NCBI RefSeq assembly: GCF_006345805.1
Contig: NC_043002.1
Location: forward strand, 77,810,001-77,874,000
Direction of reading: 5' to 3'
Source of the DNA: Octopus sinensis
Lineage: Eukaryota
Length of the DNA: 64,000 nucleotides
Shown here: positions 13,296 to 25,071 of the stretch, piece after piece
Position numbering within the stretch: the stretch's first letter is position 1
How the letters are laid out: the number at the start of each line of letters is the position of its first letter
The notes under the pieces: model-generated
Told to the model about the DNA's origin: nothing
What the model saw: the letters and a program-made list of their open reading frames with translations, nothing else
Database searches by the model: none
Position numbers and translations under genes: made by a program

Positions 13296-14134
13296 TTGAT
13301 ATGTCCAGCATTATGATGAAGTATTTCATCATCTGCATGACTGGCCCATATGGCATACCTAGCCAACTGACATTGCTTGCTGTGACTGTCCACTTTTTAT
13401 CAGTAGAGGAACAGCCCACTTCTTACTTGGGGGGGTGTCCACTACAATACCTCCCTGCTTTGAGATTTTTTTTCTTTTCCACAACATTACTTTCTTTCTC
13501 TTCAGAATGCTGCAGGTAGTACCAGTCTACATCATTTACCAGTAGCACTACTAACACATAGTGATCTGACTAAAACCCTTCACACGGACTTATTGTTATT
13601 ATTATTTTTTCTTCCACACAATTATGTTTCTCTTCAGAATGCCACAGGTAGTAGCAGTCTATATTGTTTACCGGTAGCGCAACTAGCACATAATGACCTG
13701 ACTAAACTCCTTCACACCGACTTATTATTATTTTTTCTTCCACACAGAATTATTTTTCTTTTCAGAATGCTGCAGGTAGTACCAATCTAAAGTGTTTACT
13801 AGTAGCACTACTTACACAGAGTGACCTGACTAAAATCCTACAAACAGATTTATATTATTTTTCATTATGTTTAGTTCAGTTCTGTGTTAGAGTTTCAGTT
13901 TTATCAGAATTTATATATTTTTCACTGTTTATAGTTCACTTCCTTCTTCAACAGGATTTATTTTTCATTGCATCCTCATCACCACTGATATGTCTTGCAT
14001 TATCAGGATGCATTTTGTCATCTGTGTGACAGGCCCATATGGCATATCTCACCAACTGAGACTGTTTACTGTGTCTGTCCACTATTTATCAGTAGTGGAA
14101 TAGCTCACTTCTCACTTGGGGGTGTCCACCACAA
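13296..14134 (+). repeat. Three ~130-bp tandem units (13501, 13633, 13761) inside a diverged ~150-bp direct repeat
   Basis: ttcagaatgc recurs at spacings of 132 and 128 bp; the tcatctg...ggcccatatggcata...gtgtccac block occurs at 13329 and 14018. Confidence 0.85.
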
Positions 14135-14588
14135 CAACTATACCATGTTATTTGATGACTATTTAGCTATTTATCTGCTCTATCAGAGCTGACCTGGAGA
14201 ACAACAAAATCAACACTACCAGATCTTATGTTGTCAATAATTTATTGATGCCCTTCATACATTTCTATAATTTTCTACCTATTTGGTATACTGCAGTGAA
14301 TTTGTATGTATTTTAAGTTTTTTTATGGATGACTATCAATCTTAATAAAGCTGATATAACTTCAGTCTAACTCAATAGTGTGTGTTTTAATTATTGTCCC
14401 TTTTCATTTACTCACAATTTTTCATTGCACCTGTTGCTGCAATTCACTCCATTTTTAATGTACATACATCTTATATCAGGTCAAAGTATTTTCATTCTAA
14501 ATGTTAGTTTGACATAGGTGACTACTTGCCATAACACACCCTCTTATATGTAAATACTATAACTATTGTTAGTATAGGTGAGGCCATA

Positions 14589-15440
14589 GGTGCAGGTAAG
14601 GGTGCATGGTAAGAAGCTTGCTTCTTACTATGCAGCCTTACCACCAGTGATACGGAGGAGGAATTTGTGGTCCTCTTCCATAAAGGAGGGACAGTGGAAC
14701 ACTTTGTTAAGAAGCTCAAAACGAAGAGCCAAAGGGAGGGGATTCTGTCCTGCACAGAGAACCCTGACTGGCCTTCGCAGGTGGCTGCGAGGGTCATAAG
14801 GGAGAACAACCTGTTCAGGAGAAGTCTGGTTGGGCAAGAAGATTGTTTTATTGATTTCTAAATGGACTTTGTGTAAGAGATTTATTGCCTCAAAATGGCT
14901 TTGTATTTCGTTAATGTAAGAGGTCTATTGCCTCTTTAATGTGTTATTGTGTAAGAGGTTTGTTGCCTCAAAATGTTTTATAAAAGAACAATGTGCTTGG
15001 GTAAACAGCAATTGGTGGGCGTTGCTGTTGACCTCATTATTATCATATCGTTAATCATTCCATCTCATTATATCCATGTCCAGCCCATAGCTTCCTTTCT
15101 TTGTAAGGCCCTTGTGGCCAATGAAATGAATAAAAGAAGCTTGCTTCCCAACCACATGGTTCCAGGTTTGGTCTCATGGAGTAGCACCTTGGGCAAATGT
15201 CATCTACTATAGCCTCAGGCCAACCAAAACCTTGTGTGTGTGTGTGTTAGTCCATAACTACAGCTTCACAACCTGTGTTGGTTTGTTCACATCCCCGTAA
15301 CTTAGCAATTTAGCAAAAGTATCTGATAGAATGAGTACCAGGCTAAAATATAAAAATAAGTACTGGGTTCAGTTCATTCAACTAAAAGCTCTTCGAGGCA
15401 GTGCCCCAGCATGGCCACAATCTAATAATTGAAACAAGTT
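14589..15440 (+). mobile_element. SINE family A split by a 509-bp insertion
   Basis: aagaagcttgcttc occurs at 14611-14624 and 15134-15147; the SINE body resumes after the second copy. Confidence 0.8.
14625..15133 (+). mobile_element. 5'-truncated LINE 3' end (L1/Tx1-like, tentative)
   Basis: 14-bp flanking duplication, residual frame VEHFVKKLKTKSQREGILSCTENPDW...DF*, 3'UTR-like repeats (gtaagag..ttgcctc), end cccttgtggccaatgaaatgaataaa. The clade call is inference. Confidence 0.55.
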
Positions 15441-15716
15441 TTAAAAAATATATTCAAACAAAACTGAGCTAAGAGAAATAACTCAGAGTGGCCAATGACA
15501 TGTATTTGAACAATATAGACATATACAGGTATATATCAAATACAATACAACATAAATTCTTCATTAATTAGATTTATTTGCACCCCTAGGGGATGTGTCG
15601 TATTTACCAAATGGCCATTGAGACCAGCTCTATGTGAGAAGAGGGAAATAATCTCAAGAGTCAAGAATTTTCCAAAGTTGAAGGAAAGGACATGCTTATT
15701 ATCTTGAGAGAAGAGG

Positions 15717-15767
15717 ACTGTCATAGACACATGTTTCTGGCTTGATAGCCTTCATCAGAACAACAAT
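15717..15767 (-). ncRNA. Minimal type I hammerhead-ribozyme-like motif
   Basis: Minus strand: ATTGTTGT-T-CTGATGA-A-GGCT-ATCA-AGCC-A-GAAAC-ATGT-GTC-T-ATGACAGT. Core CUGAUGA/GAAA, 4-bp stem II, palindromic ACATGT stem III, GUC triplet, 8-bp stem I with 3 G-U pairs. Confidence 0.55.
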
Positions 15768-16065
15768 TATCCAACCTTACTTCCAGTGGCTAAGGAACTT
15801 GGACTTATACTAAAAAAAAGTAGAACATATTCATAGCCTAATTTAAACAAAAAGGAGCTAATACCATAAACTTGTTGTATAGTATTTGATATACCCGTAT
15901 TTATCTATGTGGTATTTATTCAGTTTTGTTTATTTACATATTCATGTTTCAAAATCCGCTATTATTGTTGATGTCGTCAAAATTATCGTTAATGTTGTAA
16001 TTGTAGCAAATAAGTAGTTTATTATGATATTACATCTAAAATGTTTTTGAAGTTAGCAAATACAG

Positions 16066-16290
16066 GACAGTGAGCTGGTGGAATTGTTAGTACACCAAGC
16101 AAAATGCTAAGCAGCATTTCATCCATCTATATATACATTCTGAGTTGAAGTTCTGCCAAGGTTGACTTTGCTTTTCATCCTATCAGGGTTGATAAAATAA
16201 GTACCAGTTGAGCACTGGGTTCCAAAGTAATCTACTTAACCTCTCCCCTGAAATTACAGGCCTTGTGCCAAACTTTGAAACCAATATTAA
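16066..16290 (+). mobile_element. SINE family B, CpG-decayed
   Basis: gagctggtggaattgttag...ggttgactttgcttttcatcc...aagtaccagttgagcactggg. Confidence 0.8.
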
Positions 16291-16499
16291 ATAAGAGACA
16301 ATGACTAAAAAAGCTGCACAGATGCATCAATCACCTCTATCATCTTCTTTGTCTCCCAGTACTCATATAAAATTTTCCACCACACTCCAAGAACCAATAC
16401 TGCCCACTTTCAGAAGCACCAAAGTTACCTGACCTACATGAAATAACAGCCAAATTTCTTTAAGTCACAAATTAGTTTTAAAATAAAAATGAACATAAA

Positions 16500-17119
16500 G
16501 ACTTGGCAAGCCAAGTGAGACCATAACCTCGTGGCCTATGCCAGGGGTGTAACCAGCCCACTTATGTGTACCTTTCCTTCATTGGACACTAAACTCTGCT
16601 TGTGAAGACCTGTTGAGGCAAGTGAAATGGAAATCAAAATTGAAATCAAATTCAATGACTGGTAACCGTGCTAGTTGAGCGCTAAGAGTACCATCCAAGT
16701 GTGATCGTTGCCAGAGCAACAAATTGGCTTTCGTGCCGGTGGCATGTAAAAAGCACCATTCGAGTGTGATCGTTACCTGTGTCGCCTTACTGGCACTTGT
16801 GCTGGTGGCATGTGAAAAAACATTCGAGCGAGGTCGTTGCCAGTGCTACTGGATGGCTCCTGTGCAGGTGGCACATAAAGAGCACCATTTGAGCATGGCT
16901 GTTGCCAGTACCGCCTGACTGGCCCTTGTGCCGGTGGCACGCAAAAGCACCCACTACACTCTCGGAGTGGTTGCCATTAGGAAGGGCATCCAGCTGTAGA
17001 AACTCTGCCAGATCAGATTGGAGCCTGGTGCAGCCATCTGGTTTCGCCAGACGTCAGTCAAATCGTCCATGGAAAGCATGGAAAGCGGATGTTAAACGAT
17101 GATGATGATGATGATGATG
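16500..17119 (+). mobile_element. Retroposon-like interspersed repeat ending in (GAT)n
   Basis: Internal tandem sub-repeats (gtaaaaagcacc..cgagtgtgatcgtt), ggaagggcatccagctgtagaaac motif (inverted relatives at ~27.7, 29.5 and 51.1 kb) and a gatgatgat tail. Confidence 0.6.
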
Positions 17120-17699
17120 TTAGTAATCCTAGATTTCAAAACAGATAGGATTGTCACGGTTGGAACGCACACTATGTGCACTCTAGATTTACAAAAGCTA
17201 CACCATATACCTGTATATCATAAGACGCAACTTAAGAGGCCAGCGATAGGAAGTGCATTCAACCACACATTGCTCTGTCTCAGAAATCCATCCAATCCAT
17301 GTAAACATCAAAAAGCATATGTAAAAGAATGATGGTCATAGCTGGAATGCTTTTGATCATAGGTTTGCTCAGTCAGAGTGGATATGGGTTAAACAACAAC
17401 AGCAACAACAAGTAACTGAGTAACCTTTTACCTACGTAATGATTCTGTGTTACAAGTTTGAAATAGTTACCAGGTTTGATACAAGAAGTTCATAAAACAC
17501 AATAGACCAAGTGGCCAGAAATCATGCTTTAAAATTAATATCTTCTCCCTTCAATTTTTGTTTCATCCCACTCCAATGTTTAATTGGTTATTTCCTCCTG
17601 CATTTTACGTCTGCTTAATTGATCTATGACAACAACAACTTCATTTATATATATAACTCTCTAGTCAAGCATTCTCCCATCCAATCCAATAAACCCAGC

Positions 17700-18530
17700 A
17701 ATCTAGTCAAACTATCTTAGTTTCTATCTATCAATCTATTTACTTTATATCCATTCAGTTACTTATCTGCTGACTCTATCTCTTTCAATCCCAAATCCTT
17801 TTGCTGTTATTCACTGAAGCACCCAACCAACAGCTATCTCTAATTTATCATATCTTTTTCTCTTTATTATATTTTCCTTGATTTTCTCCTTCCAACTTAC
17901 CTTCTATTCTTCTATCCATCCATTTATCTATCTGTTCATTCCGCCAATCCACCAATCCAAATTTTCCATCCATTCATATCTATTTCTCTATCTATCCATT
18001 TATTCATCTTTTATTCATTAATCCACCTGTGAATCATCCAAACACTAGGTCATCCATTCTGCCTTAGCTGTATGTAGAAGAAACCAGACACCGTCCTATC
18101 CATTTGTCTACTCTATTCCTATTACATTCATCATGAATTCTTCTCTTCATTTCTCTTTCTAGCCCAAAGGCTGATTCCTTCATTTGCTTCTGCTTTCTCC
18201 TTATCTCTTTCTCTCTCTCTCTCTGTTCTTCACTCTCTCTCCTGTTGCTCTTTTCTTTATAATTATTAGTTGTTTTTTTCTCTTCTATATACATATCCCT
18301 TACTCACTCTTTCACTCAATCTCTCTCTCTGTTTCTCGCTTCTTTACTCTCTCTCTCTCTATCTATCTATTTTCCACCTGCACTTCCACCACTTCCATCA
18401 ACACCATAATAACATTATCATCATTATTACCATCATCATTGTCACCATCACCATCATTATCACCATCATCATTACCACTCAAATTCACAAGCTTTATAAT
18501 ACCCCCCCTCTCTCTTCTAATGTACACAAC
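17700..18530. repeat. Pyrimidine-rich low-complexity tract (TCCA/TCTA/CT/CAT repeats)
   Basis: Direct reading. Confidence 0.7.
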
Positions 18531-19656
18531 AAACTGTAAATTTCTTTTTAATTCAAATGTGAATATGTCTTCTGTTGAAATGTTCTGATGCCTTTACGTA
18601 TGTACATGCACATATGTGTATGCACACATGCATGTATTTGTGCACATGTTTCTGCATATGTGTACACGTGTCTATGCCTGTGTGTATATATGTGTATTCA
18701 TGCATGTGTGTTAGTTAAAACCTATTGCTTTGTAATAAATGTTGAATTGTTAACTCCATCTATTTACTATGATTCAGATATACATACAAAATACATCATC
18801 TACAAACTGTCTCCATGGACCCAAATAATTTTTCTTGGTTTATTACAATTTTTTTTTCTTTTGTGGTGCTGGTGTTAGTCTTGATATTGGTGTTGTTTTA
18901 TTCTGTTTTACTTTGACAATAAGAAATAAATTTTTTGTTAAAGAAAAAGAAAAAAAGATTGAATTTTAATTTGTCATGGATGTTTGCACAAAAACAACAC
19001 AGCAGCATAAAGAAAGAAAACAGAAAATGAAAAGAGAAAAAGTAACAGAAAAAAAAAAGGAAGAAATATAACGTCATTTTGAAATGCAAAACAGTCTGAA
19101 ATAACCAAATATTTGAATACTGTGGAAGGTATTCTTTAATGAATTACTTATCGATTCTAACATGTTCCAAGTAAAAGCTTCATCAAATAATTTTAACTTG
19201 TTCCATTACATTTTGCTATCCACATTGAGAAGAATTTTGTCTATTACACACTTGTTGATTATTTCTTTTTAATGGTCTTGAGAGAAACACCTATCTTTTG
19301 TATCCATTTACCATTTGTCATGGAGAGAGTATAGCCTGTCTATTTACTTGTGTGTGTGTGTGTGTGTGTGTTTACCATTAGTTTGTCATCAATCTTGAAG
19401 AATTACATCAATTTGGACTAAATTGCTATGGTCCTTCACACTGCCATTTGCTTAACAGCAGCCTTGAAGAAATGTTAAACCTTTAGGATGTTTACTATGT
19501 ACTTAGTCTTGGCTTTGGATGATATATTAGTCATTGGTATTTATTGTACTGCTAGTACTACTATTACTAACATAACTAGTGCTTGCTATTACTGATACTG
19601 CTACCGCTTATGTTATTGTTATCTGTTACTAGTACAACTGCTATTACTACTACAAC

Positions 19657-19709
<53 letters not shown>

Positions 19710-19712
<3 letters not shown>

Positions 19713-20730
19713 TATTCTGCTCAATACCACAGATTTGCTTGTCAGTTGTTTGACCTTAACCAGTTGAGCATGTCCCTTAGTGGCTGACGATATGTGCATC
19801 TCTGATCACGAGCAGAAGTAGTGGGGGAGCATCATAGCCATGTGTTGAGAGGGATTCTTTGGGGTTTGAATAATTCACCTCTGGAAACATGGATGGTTCT
19901 TTCAACATCCTTAAACAACCCTTATTCAGGGACCTTTCGAGCGGGATGGACTACTCAACCTGAAGAAAATTCTAACTGGGCCCCACCTGCAAGGTTATGT
20001 GCTGTTTATCTTGATATGAGATCACCATGTCGCACACATATGGTTGTGATGCATGTGCCTGGTGTACCCTTATCAGACGGGTAGTCATGATGGGTATATT
20101 GAGCTTCGTATATTTTACCCCAGTGTCACTTTGATGGCATGAACTGCTCTCTCACTCAATAATAATAATAATAATAACTGAGGCAGTACCAGGCAGTGGC
20201 TCTCATGGCTTCTGATCTTAACTGATTGGAAGTGTTATCATGTACATTGTTTTGTCTTGGTATAAAAGATGGGCTACAGCAAATATTCTGCTCAATACCA
20301 CAGATTTGCTTGTCAGTTGTTTGACCTTAACCAGTTGAGCATATCCCTTAGTGGCTGATGATATGTACATCTCTGATCATGAGCAGAAATAGTGGGGGCG
20401 CATCATAACCATGTGTTGAGAGGGATTCTTTGAGGTTTGAATAATTCACCTCTGGAAATATGGGTGGTTCGTTCAACAACTTTAAACAACCCTTATCCAG
20501 GGCCATTTGAGTGGGATGGGTTACTCGACCAGAAGAAAATTCTAACTGGGCCCCCACCTGCAAGGTAATGTCTGTTTATCTCGATATGAGATCACCATGT
20601 CGTGCACATATGGTTGAGATGCATGTACCTGGTGTACCCTTATCAGACGGGTAGTCATGATGGGTATACTGGGCTTCGTCTATTTTACCCCAGTGTCACT
20701 TTGATGGCATGCACTGCTCTCTCACTCAAT
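19710..20730 (+). mobile_element. Two tandem copies of a ~550-bp repeat (family F), each ending in (AAT)n
   Basis: aaatattctgctcaataccacagatttgc...gcactgctctctcactcaataat at 19710-20160 and 20180-20730; third copy at 22332-22850. Confidence 0.88.
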
Positions 20731-20764
20731 AGTAATAACAACAACAACAACAGCAATAATAATG

Positions 20765-20816
<52 letters not shown>

Positions 20817-20842
20817 TAATATAATAATAATAATAATAATAA

Positions 20843-22200
20843 TTGTCAGGGGAGGTTATGAAGCAGATAGAAGAGATAGGCTATAAGTACTTGGGAATTT
20901 TGGAAATGGATAAATTGATGGAGAAAGAAGTGAATTTAAGGTGGAGTACTTGTGTAGACTGAGACTGATCCTTAAGTTGAAATTAAATGGATGGAATAAG
21001 ATTGAAGCTATCAACACCTGGCTTAGATATGGAGCAGGGGTAATCGCATGCACAGTAGACAAATTAAACAGCTTAGACAGAAAGACAAGGAAGTTGCTAA
21101 CTAGATATGGGTCACTCCATCCAAAAAGTAAAACAGATAGACTGCGTACCAAGAAAAAGATGGGGAAGAGGACTTATTGGATGCGTACACAGCATTAGAA
21201 CAGAAGAAAACAACATAGCATGGTATGTAAAAAAATGCCACAGAACTACTATTATTAAAAGTAAGAAGGTCAGGCTTGTGTAGGATTGCAAAGATAAAAG
21301 ATTGCAAAGATAAAGCACTGTACAAGAAACAGAAAACGAATGAAACTGAAAATAGATGGGTAAAGAAAAGAATGAAAGGTCAATTTCATAGAGATGTTGA
21401 AGATAAGATAGACAGAGAAAAAAGATGGCTGTGGATGACTAAAAGTGATTTAAAAATGGAAACAGAGGCTCTAATCTATGCTGTCCAAGAGCAAGCACTA
21501 AGAACAAACTACATAAAATACAGAATAGACAACACAGCAGAAAGTGATAAGTGCAGAATCTGTGGACAAAACGGTGAAACCGTATGGCATATTACCAGCC
21601 AATGTACACCACTAGCCCAGAAGGAATTTAAGAGATGCCACAACAATATAGACAGGCTTGTCCATTGGACACTTTGCAACAAGTATGGACTTGACAGAGC
21701 AAAACATTGGTATGACCACAAACCAGAAGGCATTGTTGAAAACAGAAATGCAAAGATCCTATGGGATTTTATGATTCAGTGTGACCATGAGATAGAGAAT
21801 AGGAAGCCAGACAGAGTCTTAATTGAGAAAGAAAATGAACTATGCTGGATCAAATATATGCCCAGCTGACAACATGGTATGCGATAAGGAAGAAAGCAAA
21901 GTTGAGAGATATGACAGGTTAGCTTGGGAAGTTAAGTAGTAGTGGTCGATGAAAAGGTAGCAGTAGTACCAATAATTGTTGGAGCCCTGGGAACAGTGAG
22001 CAAAAATCTCGAGAAGTACGTGGAACAAATAGGGACTGCAATAAAGGTGGCGCACTTGCAGAAAACAGCACTACTTGGAACCACTCGAATACTCCGGAAG
22101 GTGCTCGAAAAATAAGATGTGTTACCTTAGTTCACTGGTAGTGAACAGCTGACACTGTAGCACGTCTCCAGCATTAGAAGCTGTGCAAAGGCAATGATAA
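20843..22200 (+). mobile_element. 5'-truncated R4/Dong-type non-LTR retrotransposon (RT end, CCHC knuckle, restriction-like endonuclease)
   Basis: YKYLGILE (20882), EAINTW..YGAG, QEQALRTN, CRICGQNGETVWHITSQC, ILWDFMIQCD..NRKPD, VPIIVGALGTV, LQKTALLGTTRILRKVL* (stop ~22115); several frameshifts. Confidence 0.88.
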
Positions 22201-22331
22201 TAATGATGATGATAATTTTTTCTACTAAAGGCACAAGGCCTGAAATTTGACAGAGAGGGATAGTTGATTACATTGACCCATGTTTCACTAGTACTTAATT
22301 TATCAACCCCAAAAGGATGAAAGGCAGCCCT

Positions 22332-22850
22332 GATGCAGTACCAGGCAGATGCTTTCATGGCTTTTGGTCTTAACTGATTGGAAATGTTATCATGTACATC
22401 TTCTGTCTTGGTATAAAAGATGGGCTACAGCAAATATTCTGTTCAATACCACAGATTTGCTTGTCAGTTGTTTGACCACAACCAGTAGAGCTTAGTGGCT
22501 GACAATATGACATCACTGATCTCGAGCAAAAGTAGTGAGGGAGTATCATAGCCATGTGTTGAGAGGAATTCTTTGGAGTTTCAATAATTTGCCCCTGGAA
22601 ACATGTGTGTTTCGTTCATGGTCCTTAAACAAACCTTACTCAGGGACCTTTTGAGTAGGATGGGCTACTCAATTTTAAATTTTAACTGACCCCACTTGCG
22701 AGTTCATGCACTGTTTACCTTGATATGAGATCACCATGTTGTGCACAAATGCTTGTGATGCATGTACCTAGTGTGCCCTTATCAGATGGGTATATTGAGT
22801 TTCATATATTTGTTTCCCTGCATCACTTTGATGGCACATGCTGCTCTCTC
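22332..22850 (+). mobile_element. Family F repeat, third and more diverged copy
   Basis: Collinear with 20180-20730; ends in (AAT)n. Confidence 0.85.
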
Positions 22851-22880
22851 AATAATAATAATAATGATAATAATAATAAC

Positions 22881-22915
<35 letters not shown>

Positions 22916-22935
22916 CAACAACAACATTGATAATA

Positions 22936-22973
<38 letters not shown>

Positions 22974-22974
22974 A

Positions 22975-23382
22975 GGTGCAGGAGTAGCTGTGTGGTAAGA
23001 AACTTGCTACCCAACCACATGTTACCAGGTTCAGTCCCACTGCATGGTACCTTGAGCAAATGTCTTCTACTATAGCCTCAGGCTGACCAAAGCCTTGTGA
23101 GTGGATTTGTTAGACTGAAACTGAGAGAAGCCCATCATGTGTGTGTATGTGTGTGTGTATGTATGCATGTATTTGTGTGTGTGTCTGTGTTTATCCCCCC
23201 ACCACCATCACTTGACAACCGATGTTGGTGTGTTTACATCCCCATCACTTAGTGGTTCAGCAAAAGATACTGATAGAATAAGTACTAGGCTTACAAAGAA
23301 CAAGTCCTGGGGTCAATTTGTTCAAGTAAAGGCTGTGCTCCAGCATGGCCACAGTCAAATGACCGAAACAAGTAAAAGAGTA
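22975..23382 (+). mobile_element. SINE family A
   Basis: Collinear with 3219-3587. Confidence 0.85.
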
Positions 23383-23384
23383 AT

Positions 23385-23940
23385 AATAATCCTTTCTATT
23401 ATAAGCACAAAGCCTAAAATTATGTAGAAGAGGGATTGACCCCAATACTCTTCAACTAGTACTTATTTTATTGACCTAAAAGGATGAAAGGTATAGTCAG
23501 CCTCAGTGGAACTTGAACTTAGAACATAAAGCTCAAAGAAATGCTGCCAAGTATTTCATCTGGCATGTTAATGGTTCTTTTCTACTCTAGGCACAAGAGA
23601 GAGGCCCAGTTGATTAGATCGATCCCAATACACAACAGGTAGGCAGGTACTCAATTTATTGACCCCTAAAGGATGAAAGGCAAAGTCGACCTCAGCAGGG
23701 CATGTTAATGATTCTGTCGGCTCACCACCTTTAACAAATGTTTCAAATTTTGGCAAAAGGACAGCAGTTTCAGGGGGAATGGTGATGTTAGTCAACTACA
23801 TCAACTCCAGTACATGATTGGTACTTCACTATATCAAACATGGAAAGATAAAAGGCAAAGCCAATTTCAGTAGAATTTGAACATTTGAACTCGGAATGTA
23901 AAGATCTGGAAGAAATACTGCTAAGCATTTTATTCAACAC
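23385..23940 (-). mobile_element. Cluster of 3-4 degenerate SINE family B copies
   Basis: Repeated aaaggatgaaaggcaaagt(c/t)gac (reverse of gtcgactttgcctttcatcc). Confidence 0.7.
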
Positions 23941-24079
23941 ACTTATGGTTCTAGAGGAGAAGGAGGAGGAGGAGGAGGATACCAACAACAAAGGTTACAA
24001 GACATGATGATGTATACACACATGTATGCAGAAATATGCATGCTTGTGTATTCATACATACAACATATGCATTTACATA

Positions 24080-24325
24080 CAAAGAAACATTTGAAAATCT
24101 GCACTGAATCGCAACAAATAGAGGTTAACTTGCTATAAAGCCATAAAAAAAAAACATGAATTAAGCTGTCTGGATCATCTTCAAGAACTGAGAACAAAGA
24201 CAAAGTCTGAATCTAACATGCCAGCTGCTTTGTGTAACAATCCTCCTTTATGTCCAGTCTGTGGACTTGTCAGTAAATCATTGCTTACATTGAAGTCTCA
24301 TAAGAGACATAGATATCAGAACTAA
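24080..24325 (+). mobile_element. Degenerate LINE C-terminal remnant with Cys/His motif (RTE-like)
   Basis: 24218-24325 reads MPAALCNNPPLCPVCGLVSKSLLTLKSHKRHRYQN*, with the same CxxC...SH spacing as the RTE motif at 3033-3116. Confidence 0.45.
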
Positions 24326-24711
24326 AAAACTTGGCTGTTTTTAAATGGCTGTTGGAACTTCTTACATCGAAATCAACAACAGAATCCATTATATATATAT
24401 AAAATATACATTTTATTTATTATTTTGCACATTACTTAATCATCGGTATATTATTGTTATTTTATATTTAATATTTCTGTTATATGTAATTCTCTAGATG
24501 GTGTAATTTAATTGTTCATTTTGAATTGATAAATGGTGGTTTTTTTCTAATTTTTATGAAATTTGATTTAGTATTTCTAAATTGATGTTTTCCCTGTAAG
24601 TTAGAAATAATATTCCCTCAAATGATTATATATATATATAAATACATATGTAATCATCATCATCATGATCAACAACAACCTATATAACCTATATATATAT
24701 ATATATATATA

Positions 24712-24990
24712 GGTTATGAGAGGTAACAGTGTCAAGAAGACCCAAAGGTGTCAGGTAATGCTGAGTAAATGCTATGGACAGACTATAGTTAAGCTCCAGG
24801 TTCAGTGATCACGCGAATGAGGAGTCCAACATAGGTCATATATCAGCATGCGTATATATAAAAAATTAACAGAATGAGATAAAAATCCAAGGCTGTGAAA
24901 GATTTCAGAACATTTATAAAAGAGAAGGTCTTACAGCTGTTTCCAGAATATTTTATATATCCCTTCATCTGAAACGCTGTGAGAAAATAG
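24712..24990 (-). mobile_element. Penelope-like terminal repeat remnant carrying a degenerate hammerhead-like motif (24926-24976)
   Basis: Minus strand: CAGATGA-AGGGATAT-ATAAA-ATATTCT-G-GAAAC-AGCT-GTA-AGAC. The Penelope assignment is inferred from the known association of minimal HHRs with PLE termini. Confidence 0.45.
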
Positions 24991-25071
24991 TTAAGCAATA
25001 GTTATTCTAGAGAAGATATGAAATAGAGAATGAAGTGGAGGAATGAAAACAGACGTGAGATATGCAAGGAT

